Shown: piece after piece, positions 45,331 through 56,125 of the stretch
How positions within the stretch are numbered: the first letter of the stretch is position 1
Layout of the letters: every line of letters starts with the position of its first letter
Assembly: GCA_002269645.1 (NCBI GenBank)
Contig: NIVC01001987.1
Span: 1 to 64,000 of the forward strand
DNA length: 64,000 nt
Source: Macrostomum lignano
Lineage: Eukaryota
Reading direction: 5' to 3'
Made by a program: the position numbers and the translations under genes
The notes under the pieces: model-generated
Database searches by the model: none
The model's input: only the letters and a program-made list of their open reading frames with translations
Told to the model about the DNA's origin: nothing

Positions 45331-46859
45331 CAGCCTCAGCAGCCATACCAGCATCTCCAGGGAGCACTAGCATAGAACTACTGGAGCTTCCACTGGCCAG
45401 CCCATCTGGTTGCCTTTGGATGCCAGTCACTTCAACATCTATGGTGGATGCCGCCACTTTGGCCCCCGTAGCTCCCTTCTTGGCCTGCCTTTTGGCACAT
45501 TTGCACTTAAGCCAAGCCCATTGAGCTTTGTTGGATCTGCCAGATTTGGCTAGTCCTTTAGGCTCAGAGCTCGCAGTTCTCTTAGATCCACTAGCAGAGC
45601 TGGTAGGTCTTTGGATGCTTTGGTTTTGGTAGCTCTGGTTGGATCTGCTAGCAGAGCCAGCCGGTCATTCCTTTGCCACAGTTGAATCAGTCAGTTGGGA
45701 TCTGCCAGCAGGGCTGGCCAGTCCTTCCGATTGAGGTTGGGGTTTAGAAGGGTCCCTGTCCCTAGAATTAGCTTGGTTATATCCATAGCTCAAAGACCAT
45801 GATAAAGGTTAGTGGACTACACTCAAACAGGCGCAGTACCCACCTGGCCACTTGACCTGACCAAGTAGTAGGCCAAAAAACCTTCAAGGCTGGCCTGACA
45901 CCAGGATAAGGACCCCTTGCAACTGGACTACTCCCTGGCCTTCTAGCCCATTGGCACAGTCAAACACCTTAGCATTAGAGGGTACATTGAGTAGTACCAT
46001 GGCTTGTGGACTGGCAAGCCAGACCCGCATACCCAAGTTTAGCAAAAGCCACTAGATGGGTCTTCAGCGCTGGAGCCCAGTCTGTCTGGCAGCCCTAGGG
46101 TCGCGGGGGACAGGTACCCCTGGGTCAGCTTGCAAAACAATGTGGGGGGGGGGTCTGTGGCTGCCAGCAGCAAATAGAAGGTGCAGACCTCCCACCAGCC
46201 TTAACCTGCTAAAGATAAGGGCAGGCATGGAGCATCGCAGACCTTAGCCTACAGGCCTGGTCTGTCTTATACTTCACTGGCATGCTGAATATGCCATGCA
46301 AAGTCTTTATTCTATGGGGTAGATAGTCATTTTGTCTATAGCCAGTTTGTCTAAAGTAGGTGTTTGCAAACTTTTTATTGTGCCAGATTGGAAGACTAGC
46401 TGAGGCAGCGGGCCAGAAAAGACACTATTGTGTCTATAAATGACCATTTTAGGTGATTATTAGACCAAATACAGATATGGTAAATAAAGTATCATACTTA
46501 TATACTGATATATATTTGAGTACATTTGAAGGAATATAGAAAAAACTTATACTGAAATGAGTAAATACATGTAGTGCAGACTACAGAGCATGATATCAGG
46601 GATGCAAAACAGAAACCTATAAATAGCAAAAAAACTATATTCAATGAGATGAATGGTGCTGATGCTTGCAGCTAAGGGAGACTATGTTGGGAGCAATGGA
46701 AGATGTTGCCAGCAGCAGCACATTTATTAAGATTATCATCTGTCAGCTGACTATGTAGGTGGTTTTTAGTGTACTTCATGTTGTTGAATAGCTGCTTGCA
46801 AGTATAAGTGTTGCCAAAGATAGCCACCACTCTACAAGCATGGGGAGGTTGGGGAAATG

Positions 46860-47930
46860 CTATATATCTAACTGCTTGGCAAAGAACTCTAGCGGAGTAG
46901 TGGCCATAAACCTCCCTTGCAAACTGTTGTCACATTGCAGTTCAACAACTTCCATCTTGAGATTGTCTAGGAGGTCATCGATGGTGACTATGAATGGAGT
47001 AGACACAAGTTGGAAGTTGACTGCAAAGTCCCTGATGCACTGAAATCTCACCTCAAATTGATCCCTCAGGCATCCAGTAACACCCTTTGCATTGTCCCAC
47101 TGCACACAATTTTTTGGGAGGGACTCTAGATGTGTGATGGTTGGGCAGCACTGCTTTGAGATTTGGTCCTCCTATAAACAGAACTTTACTTGGAAAGCCT
47201 GCATAGCAGCACACATGTTTGTGATAAGGGAGTCTTTCCCCTAGAGCTTCTTGTTTAGTGTATTGAGCTGTTCATTCACATCGGCTAGGAGAGCCAGTTT
47301 GGCAAGCCAAAGGTGATTGTTTAACTCTTTGGCAAAAGGTAAGTTCTTTTTGTCCAAAAAAGTCACAATCTCTGAACAGAGCTCCCAGACACAAGCTAGC
47401 ATGTTTCCACAAGAGAGCCAGTGCACTTCATAATAGTAGAGAGGGTCGCTATATGCCACTGGCCTTATCCATGAGAACTAAACTGGTGATTAAGGCTGCA
47501 AGACAGGATACTGTTGATGGTTTTTTTTATAACAATGGACATTACATTAGCCATGGATGCTGCCTTCGCACACAGAGCCTCCTGATGAATGAATGATGCA
47601 GTAGAACTTCTTCATAGTGTGCACACTATTTTCCTTAGAACAGCAATTGGCAATCAGTGTAGCAGCACCTCTGACTTCCCCAATCATGACAGGAGCTCCA
47701 TCTGTTGTGACAGCAATGAGTCTCTTGAGGTCCAAGTTGTTGGCTAAAAGGCTAGCCAACACAGCATCGGCAATGTCTCTTCCCATTGATGTACCTTTCA
47801 TTGAGAAAAGCTCAAGAAACTCTTCCATCACCGTGAAGTCCATTGACACTCCACAAATGAAAATGGATAATTGGTTGGTATCTTTGACATTGATAGACTC
47901 GTCAATAGCCATTGAGAAAACATCAAAGCA
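46860..47930 (-). pseudogene. hAT transposase remnant (GTF2IRD2/EPM2AIP1/ZBED5-like)
   Basis: AIDES...QLSIFICGV...TTDGAPVM.G...CIIH; EVHWLSCG (from EVRWLSRG); WLAKLALLADV; MEVVELQCD; broken by stops and frameshifts. Confidence 0.85.
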
Positions 47931-48039
47931 ACCTAACTAGTGAATGAAGACGCTGTCGTCTTCAAAGGTGGGACAATGGTTTATATATTGGCTATATATT
48001 ATCTTTTATGGCTATGACCTATTTATTTAACCCAAATTA

Positions 48040-48300
48040 GGCTGGCCGCCCCCCACGCCCCTGGCATTAATTAGTCTAGAGTGGTATAGTAGGGGGCTGG
48101 CCGCCCCCACGCCCCTGGCATTAGTTAGTCTAGTGGTATAATGGGGGGCTGGCCGCCCCTCACGCCCCTGGCATTAGTTAGTCTAGTGGTATAGTGGGGG
48201 GGGGGCTAGCCGCCCCCCCACTATACCACCCCCCCCCCACCCCCCACTCCCCCACCCCCACTCCCCCACCCCCCGCTCCCCCACCAGCTTCGCTCGCATT
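48040..48300. repeat. ~53-bp tandem repeat x3 plus C-rich tract, inserted in the hAT
   Basis: GGCTGGCCGCCCCCACGCCCCTGGCATTAGTTAGTCTAGTGGTATAG unit. Confidence 0.75.
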
Positions 48301-48698
48301 TTTTCTATGCCACTTACTGGCTCCATCGTCCCACAACTAGTCTTAGAGGGATGCACAAATATCTGCAGACATCTCTGCTATTCTTCTTGAGCTAGTCCGA
48401 GTGGAGAGGCTGATGGAGGAGAAAGCAGATCACTAGTCAGGGCACATAACATTGGCAGTTGCTAGTAAGCAGTCCTTAATAAAGTCTCCATTGGTAAATG
48501 GGTTCATCTTTTTAGCAATGAGGAAAGATACCTCAAAACTTGTGCAGGTGGCTTTTTCTGCAAGAGTTGTACCAAGCTTTTAATGGACAAAGCTGCTAGT
48601 CTGCTGGGTGAGCTATATAGTTAGCCTGCTGATGGCACTCTGTTGGGAAGCATCATCTATCCTTGCATACTTGGATGTCTTATGTACAGACTCCTAGT

Positions 48699-48870
48699 CA
48701 TACATGCGCAACCTTGGGAATCACTCGGCCGTTTCTATTGGCAACACACACATGTAAGTCGCTATTGGTTGAGAGCAGTCACGTGACTACTATTCCGTCC
48801 AATAGCGACTTTTATGCGTGTGTTGCCAATAGAAATGGCCGGGTGAATCCTTAGGTTGCGCCCAAGCATG
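48699..48870 (+). mobile_element. 172-bp palindromic hAT-type MITE, copy 2
   Basis: Perfect 8-bp TSD CTCCTAGT; near-complete foldback around a central GTCACGTGAC. Confidence 0.9.
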
Positions 48871-51800
48871 CTCCTAGTGGCGGCGTACATTGGCTTCTTT
48901 GAAGACTGCAACAGTTGCCATAGAGATAAGACATTATCTTCCCATTGCATTCAACAAAAAAGTTATTGCTGAGTCCATGCTGGGTTAAATGCTCAATGCT
49001 CCATATCCACCTTACACTTTTGCTATGGCACTGAAGCCATAGTCTACGAATAACAGGAATAATATAGTTTTTACTGGAGTAAGCAAATAAAAAGACAGTG
49101 TATTGCTATTCATTGCTATGATATATTTGAGTTTTATCATTTTAATTTTTTCCAAGCATTAAAAAGTAAGAAAATCTTTCAAACATTATATATGAACAAG
49201 ACTTACTATGAAACAATGCAAGGCTGGTAGATATATTTGAGCAAAGATGTACAAGTAATTCATAGCAGCAAAAAAGATCAGTTACTAATATTGCAAGTCT
49301 GCAACTGATGTATATTAGGAATTGAAAGCAAGAAAAAAATGCAAGGGGTTGCTTTGTTTGATTTAGATTTAAAATATTTGGCTAGACTAGGTAGAGAGGC
49401 TTTTTGATTAGACTAGAGTTTGGACATAAAGCCAGCTAGAGCTAGAGTGAAGAAGAGAAGGGTGATCCACCAATGTACATTGGCACTTTGTTCATGTCCA
49501 ACTTTCTCTACACCTGCTCTTATTGGACAAGCCATTTCTCCCTCTCTTAACCAAACCCCTTGACCCAAGCCATTCCAATAATCCCACAACCCAAAGCATG
49601 CCAACAACCCCATAGTTAAAACTGATACAGGAATGACAGGGTGAAAGCTGATTTTACTTGTAAAGTTGAATGCTTCAACATAAAATTGATATGCAGGACA
49701 CTTTTATATTGTTAGATAGTAAGAGTATTGCAGGCCAGACTTAAAGGTATTGTAGGCCAGATCTGGCCTGCAGGCCAGAGTTTGCCAACCCTTGGTCTAA
49801 AGTATAAAGAAATTTGATACATAGATTTCTATACCTATTGTCCATGGCAACCTGAAATAAAAGGTTTTCTCTTTTTTGAGTTATATTGCAATTGTAAAGC
49901 ATATCTTTGCTAAGCATATAGTAGTAGTGCATGTAGGTTGTTACATGTTGAGCTTTAGGCAAAGGATATTTGATGTCAAATGAAAGTTGCCTGCATGGAT
50001 ATGCAGTGACTTTTTATAATCCAAAGCCTTTGCCAATAAGTATCTATAATGTGGCAATGGAGATGCACATGGTTGTTAAGCATGTTAAAATAGTCATTTC
50101 TATGCTTGAAAAGTACAATTGTTGAGGCAAAGCATTTTCTGTCTATTTTTTTACTTCAATGTCAAATAGCAGAGTTTTGCATTAGTGCACACTACAACTA
50201 GTAGTTGTTTATCATTAAGATCACAGCTTGGCATAAAAAACAAAATCCTTATAGGTACAGTTTCAACAATTGGCTTCATGCTATTTCCTTTATGCATGCA
50301 AATAAGACAAACTTGGAGCTGATTTTCTATAGTGAAACTCCATATAATGGGTTTGCATGGTTGCATACAGTTAAATACTATTAGGTTAAGTTAGTTTTCT
50401 ATATTTGATTGCTTATAGGGGTATTTTTTTCACTTTTTTCAACCTATATTTTATCTTTAATCTGTTTGCTCAGAAACAGTTTGTCCTAGCCCTAAGGATG
50501 ATTCTTTTTGGTAGCATTTATATTATCTTGTTCATTCCGCTACCCAATGAGGCTAAATTTTTATGCTTACACAGCTTGTACATAATTCAACTTATTATCA
50601 GCTATGTAAGTTGATGTCTCAACTGATTTTAGTGTAAATGCATTTAGGTGCTAACCTTTTATATAGTTAATGCAATTTTAAAAAGACATAAAAGGGGCTA
50701 AGAGCTACTACACATCTCTTAAATTGCCTTTAAAAATTGTTCTGAATAACAGATAGACTGTACAAGTATTCTGAATTATTGGGCCATAGCATAGATCTCT
50801 GTATAGAACCCATTAAAAAGTCAAAACAAACAATAAAATACAAATAGCTTTTGCAAAATCATTTTGAAAATTTCATTAAAACTCCTATTGGTACATTGTT
50901 TTTTTGAAAATAAAACCCTGTGTTTTGTTATTTAACTAGTCTTCAAAACAGCTATGGTAAAAAAACCAACAAATATTTTCATGTTAAAATAGATATTTGC
51001 ACTCTTGTCAATAAGGAAATATAAGTATATAATTACAAATTTAATCAGAACTAGGCCTAATGAACTTATATATCCTTTGTATTTTTTAGGATTATCAAAT
51101 CAAATCAACAGTTTCTTCCAAAGTTTCCTTTATCAATGATTGAGTTATAAAAACAAGGTTGGAAAATCAAGCATATTGCATAAAAGCATATATAAGCTAA
51201 CAAGCTATGTACATCATTTTATTTATATAAAAGTTAAGCTTGACTTAGTTTAATTTTCAAGGATTAGCAGAATAGGCATCTATTTTTTCTGTTATGCCCT
51301 CCTAAAACTTCCTTATAGCTGATTCAATAAGTCAAGCCAGTTTGGTGCTTGGTCATTATAGTAACAATGTCATCAGCAAAAACAGCTTATTAGTAAAAAT
51401 ACTTAATATCTATTGTTATGTCTTGAGACAGATCAGCTGGCATTGTCCCATGCTCTATACAAGCAAGGGGACTTAGCACCCAGTCCTGCTACTTGTTGAC
51501 CCCTGTCACATTGAGGCGTAGGCAGTAGGCTAGTAATAGGGTCACAGCAAATGCAGAGGCCCTAGTGACAATGTCCTAATGGCACTGAACCCCAAATAAC
51601 AAAGGCAGGATGACACAGTGGCCAGTGGTGTGATTAGCAAAGGGCCATTTTTTTGCACCTCAAAAATTTGCATCATTGTTTACTAGTTTAATAACATACT
51701 AACTACATCATGTATATGTACATATAGAAAACCTATTTTTTATGGTTTTTGCTTCTTTTTCTAGCACTAAGGTTCAATCCTTGCTGTGGCAATACTTTAC

Positions 51801-52651
51801 CACTCAAAAGTTTGGCCTGCGCAACTAAAATAACTGAAAGAAATAAAAAACTATCAGCCATCAGCTAGAATTTTTATCTAGTAGAGAACTAGAGATTGAA
51901 ATTTTAGTCAATTAAAGTTTGCAAAATGATCAATAGCAACCTTGTAAATACTTTTAGTCAGATTGGTATATTTAGCTACTTGAAAAATATTGGGCTCATA
52001 ACTACTACATGCTGGTTTTAGTCGCATAGATTTTGAAACATCTATAGTAATAATAAATGTGTCTAGGACCCCAAAAGATGACAGAATGGAGGAATTTCAG
52101 TTTAGCTGATGTTTGACAGTTGGATATATGCCTTTAAAATTGCAGTAATAGAAGTAGAACGGAGATAGTACATGCTAGAACCAGGGAAAAATATCATTTT
52201 TGTGGAAACGCAAGCATAAGACAACAAAAACTCCATCTTCCTCTTCCTGTATCGATCTGACTCCCTCATCTGTCTCTCTGACTCCCCTTTCCTATCTCTG
52301 ACTCTCCACCATCTGTCATTTTATCTTAACAATAAAATAAATATATTAAAAGTGAGCAGCAAATGTCCTTGTGCTTGGCAGCGATTGAATAACTTTTTAA
52401 GTTCGTGAAAAGAAAAGTCTTACTTGCACCATACTCGTACATACTGAAATGAAACAATGTAGCCGTTGTTTCATTTTTCTGCCATGCCCACTGGCCAATA
52501 AGGTATCCGTTTTCATCTTCAACCTTGAGCCAATTTTTATTCGAGCAAAATTTTTGCATTATTAGAATCTTAGTAATAATTTGAAGTCAACTATCCTTTC
52601 ATATAAAGTAAAAAGTTAAAGCATATGTAGTTCTGGAGTGTATTTAGTGAT

Positions 52652-52823
52652 CATACATGCGCAAATTTGGGAATCACCCGGCCGTTTCTATTGGCAACAC
52701 ACACATGTAAGTCGCTATTGGCTGAGAGCAGTCACGTGACTACTATTCCGTCCAATAGCGACTTACATGTGTGTGTTGCCAATAGAAACGGCCGAGTGAA
52801 TCCCAAGGTTGCGCCCAAGCATG
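52652..52823 (+). mobile_element. 172-bp palindromic hAT-type MITE, copy 3
   Basis: Perfect 8-bp TSD TTAGTGAT; inserted in the first unit of the 72-bp array. Confidence 0.9.
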
Positions 52824-53155
52824 TTAGTGATCTTGATTCCAACCCACGCGAGCAAGCTGTCCAACTGTAGAAGCATATGTAGTTCTGGAGTGTATTCAGT
52901 GATCTTGATTTGAACCCACGCGAGCAAGCCGTCCAACTGTAGAAGCATATGTAGTTCTGGAGTGTATTCAGTGATCTTGATTTGAACCCACGCGAGCAAG
53001 CCGTCCAACTGTAGAAGCATATGTAGTTCTGGAGTGTATTCAGTGATCTTGATTTGAACCCACGCGAGCAAGCTGTCCAACTGTAGAAGCATATGTAGTT
53101 CTGGAGTGTATTCAGTGATCTTGATTCCAACCCACGCGAGCAAGCCGTCCAACTG
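52824..53155. repeat. 72-bp tandem repeat (~4.6 units) just upstream of TMEM168
   Basis: GTGATCTTGATT recurs at 52827, 52899, 52971, 53043 and 53115. Confidence 0.95.
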
Positions 53156-53184
53156 AGTACTTGAATCTCTCTATTCCAGACGAC

Positions 53185-55400
53185 ATGGCAGCTCTGCAGC
53201 AGCTGGCGCACAGCCTGCCCCGCAACCTGCCACTCTCCGTGGTGGCGCACTGCATGTCTCTCGGCTTCATGCTCACTGGCAGCGCCCTGGCTCTGCACAG
53301 CCGCAGCATGCACATCTACACTGCCTTGCTGCCTCTCAGCCTGGTTGCTATAACAACTCTGGCTTTGGCTCGTCGCTTCTCCATTGGCGGTCGCCTCCTG
53401 CTGCGCCTGTGGCTCGGCCACCTGGCAGGGGCCGTAGCGGCTTCCGGCGCTCTGCCAGCGCCCCCCGGCGCCAGCCGCATCGACCTGGTGGCGGACTGGC
53501 TGCACCTGCTCTCGGCCATGTTCTTAGCCATCCGCCTCATGGTCAGCCGCCTCATCTATCCGCTGCTCGGCGCTGCCGATGCTGCTCGCGGCGTCGCCTG
53601 GGAGGTCTGGGGCGTCGTTTGCGAGCTGGCCGGCCTCTGCTCTGCTGCCTGCCTGCTGTGGCCTCCCGGACACTCAGTCTGGCTGTGGCTGGCCGTGCCC
53701 GCTCTGTCTGCCTCCTGCCTCCTCTTGCGCATGCACAGCTGCCTGGGCCCGCCCTTCACTGCCGCCGCTCTGGCTGCTATCTGGTCTGCCGTTCGCACCA
53801 GCGACCCGCCGCAGCTTCGTGCGGCACCTTTGGCATTGGCTGCTGCGCGGATCCTCGGGCCGCCCCTCCTGCGCTGCTGCTGCCGCTGCTGCCTCTACTG
53901 CCTGCCGACCAGCCCTGGTCCTGCGCTCCGCCTGTTCCGCAGTCCCCTGGCCCGAGCACCGCGCGTCCGCCTTCTGGCCTTCGCCTGCCTCGCTGCCACA
54001 GATGCCTTCCTGTGCGTGTCCTGCAGCCTTCGGCATAGCGGAGCGAGTGCGTCATTTCCTGTGGCTGCCGCTGCGTGGCTCTGCCTGCGCTGTATCAGGC
54101 TGGCGTTGCTATGGCAACTGAGCCGCCGTCTGCGCCGGCCGATTGACAGTGACGATGGTCGCTCTGAAGCTTACCCGCTGGCACAGCTGGGCGTCTGGCT
54201 GCTGAGCGCCTGTCTAGCTGCTGACTGTCTCCTGACTGCCTTTGGCTGCGGCGCTGACGGCGGCCTCCGAATGCCCGCGGGCGATCCGCTGACCGCTGGT
54301 GTTTTTGCTCTCGTCATCAGCTTGGACGCTACGGCGCTGTCCACCTGCTGCCAGCTCACTGACTCCGCCGAATCGGCCGCCTCCGCCTGCCTGGCCTACG
54401 CATTGGTCCTACCGGCCGCCTGGCAGCCGCCCTGCGACAGCCCGCCTGCTCTGCTGCAGCGGGTCCGCCGCTTTCTCGCCTGCCGCGGCATCTCCTGTCA
54501 CGCCTGCGACTTGCCCGCCGCTCTGCCAGCCGACTTGCTGAAGCATCGCCTGCGGGATCTGTTCGACCAGACCGGCTCAAATGGCCGCCTCTTTCACACC
54601 TATATTGTGTATTATTGCGGACCTTCCGGCCTGCGCGGCGACTGGCTGACCTCACCTGGGGAGCCTGGCTTTGACCTGGACAGCTTGTTGCGGCTGTGGA
54701 ATGAGGTTGGCCCTTTGTGATGGATCATGGGGAATCAGGTGCTGATCTGTGGGGAAGATGGGGAATCAGGTGCTGATCTGTGGGGAAGATGGGGAATCAG
54801 GTGCTGATCTGTGGGGAAGATAAACAATCAGGTGCTGATCTGTGGGGAAGATGAACAATCAGGTGCTGATCTGTGGGGAAGATAAACAATCAGGTGCTGA
54901 TCTGTGGGGAAGATGAACAATCAGGTGCTGATCTGTGGGGAAGATGAACAATCAGGTGCTTCACTCAGCCGCCTCACCCATGCTTTCAGTCGCCGGCCAG
55001 CCGCAGCAGTCGCCTGCTGGTGGTGTCGGACGCAGAGCACGGCAGGCGGTGGCTGCCGGCAGTTCGGGCGCTGCCGCAGTTGGTTAGCGTGGCGCTACAG
55101 ACGCACACGGGGCTGCTGGACCGGTTCACACCGGTTTTCACCAGCCGCCTGGCCGAGCTGCCGCCGATGCCGCCAGCTTCGCCAGAGGGCGCGCGGCCGA
55201 AGGTCGGCCTGGTGTACGCCGTGTCTCCCGGTTGGTCCGCCTTCGCTCCGCCGGCTCCGGCTTGCCGCCTCTGCGACCTGCCGAGCCGCCTGCGCCGCCT
55301 GCTGTGGTCGGGCTTTGCCGCCTGCCGCCGCTGCCGCATGCAGCTGTGCCCGCCTCCACTGCTGGACACCGGCCTGGGTTTCTCACTGCTGACCATTTAG
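53185..55400 (+). CDS. TMEM168: Transmembrane protein 168 (~643 aa)
   Basis: Exons 53185-54705 and 54990-55400 (phase 0). Multi-TM N-half; TYIVYYCG...GDW...LDSLLRLW, SRLLVVSD and a C-terminal LLDTGLGFSLL match recalled TMEM168 motifs. Confidence 0.85.
54728..54958. repeat. 31-bp intronic minisatellite (AATCAGGTGCTGATCTGTGGGGAAGAT core)
   Basis: About 7.5 units filling the TMEM168 intron. Confidence 0.95.
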
Positions 55401-55734
55401 CCTCGCATGAGATGGCTTTGCTAGTCACTTTAATTCAATGCTTTTATTGCGCTCTTTTATCGCATCACTTTTTAGATTCATCAACTAGTCCACACTTTTG
55501 CTGCACTGCGCTGTGAATTTTGCACTATACAGTTTTTTGTTGTGCATCAATTAAATACATTTAACATTTTTTGTATGGATTTTTGTTTGATATCAAATTT
55601 TGTTTGATATTTGTTTGATATCATAATCAGTTCGCCGCTTTTTGCTTCCTTTTAGCCCCGATTTCTGACAGATAAGTTGAAGCAGCCATCAGTTCAGTGT
55701 CTCCCATCCCACCATTCCATCCTCCACCATTCCA

Positions 55735-55986
55735 GTCATTCCATCCCACCCAGTGTCATTCCATCCCACCCAGTGTCATTCCATCCCATCCAGTGTCATT
55801 CCATCCCATCCAGTGTCATTCCATCCCATCCAGTGTCATTCCATCCCATCCAGTGTCATTCCGTCCCACCCAGTGTCATTCCATCCCATCCAGTGTCATT
55901 CCATCCCATCCAGTGTCATTCCGTCCCACCCAGTGTCATTCCGTCCCATCCAGTGTCCTCCCATCCCATCCAGTGTCCTCCCATCC
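55735..55986. repeat. 20-bp minisatellite (CCATCCCATCCAGTGTCATT) upstream of KIF6
   Basis: About 12 units. Confidence 0.95.
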
Positions 55987-56125
55987 CATTATGGGATATC
56001 TATCCTTTCCTGCTTACCCTCGAGTGTCTCCTAACCCTCCGGTGCCATGCCGTCACTACAGTGTCTTCAGGCTTATCTCAATCCCCAAAAACCACTGCAG
56101 CGCGACCAACCAGCAGCAGCAGCTG

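Larger units (their letters stand above)
46357..49794 (-). mobile_element. Buster/SPIN-type hAT transposon, decayed (3.4 kb)
   Basis: 8-bp TSD GTCTAAAG (NNNTANNN) at 46349-46356 and 49795-49802; ends TAGGTGTTTGCAAAC / CAAGGGTTGGCAAAC; transposase remnants inside. Confidence 0.85.
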
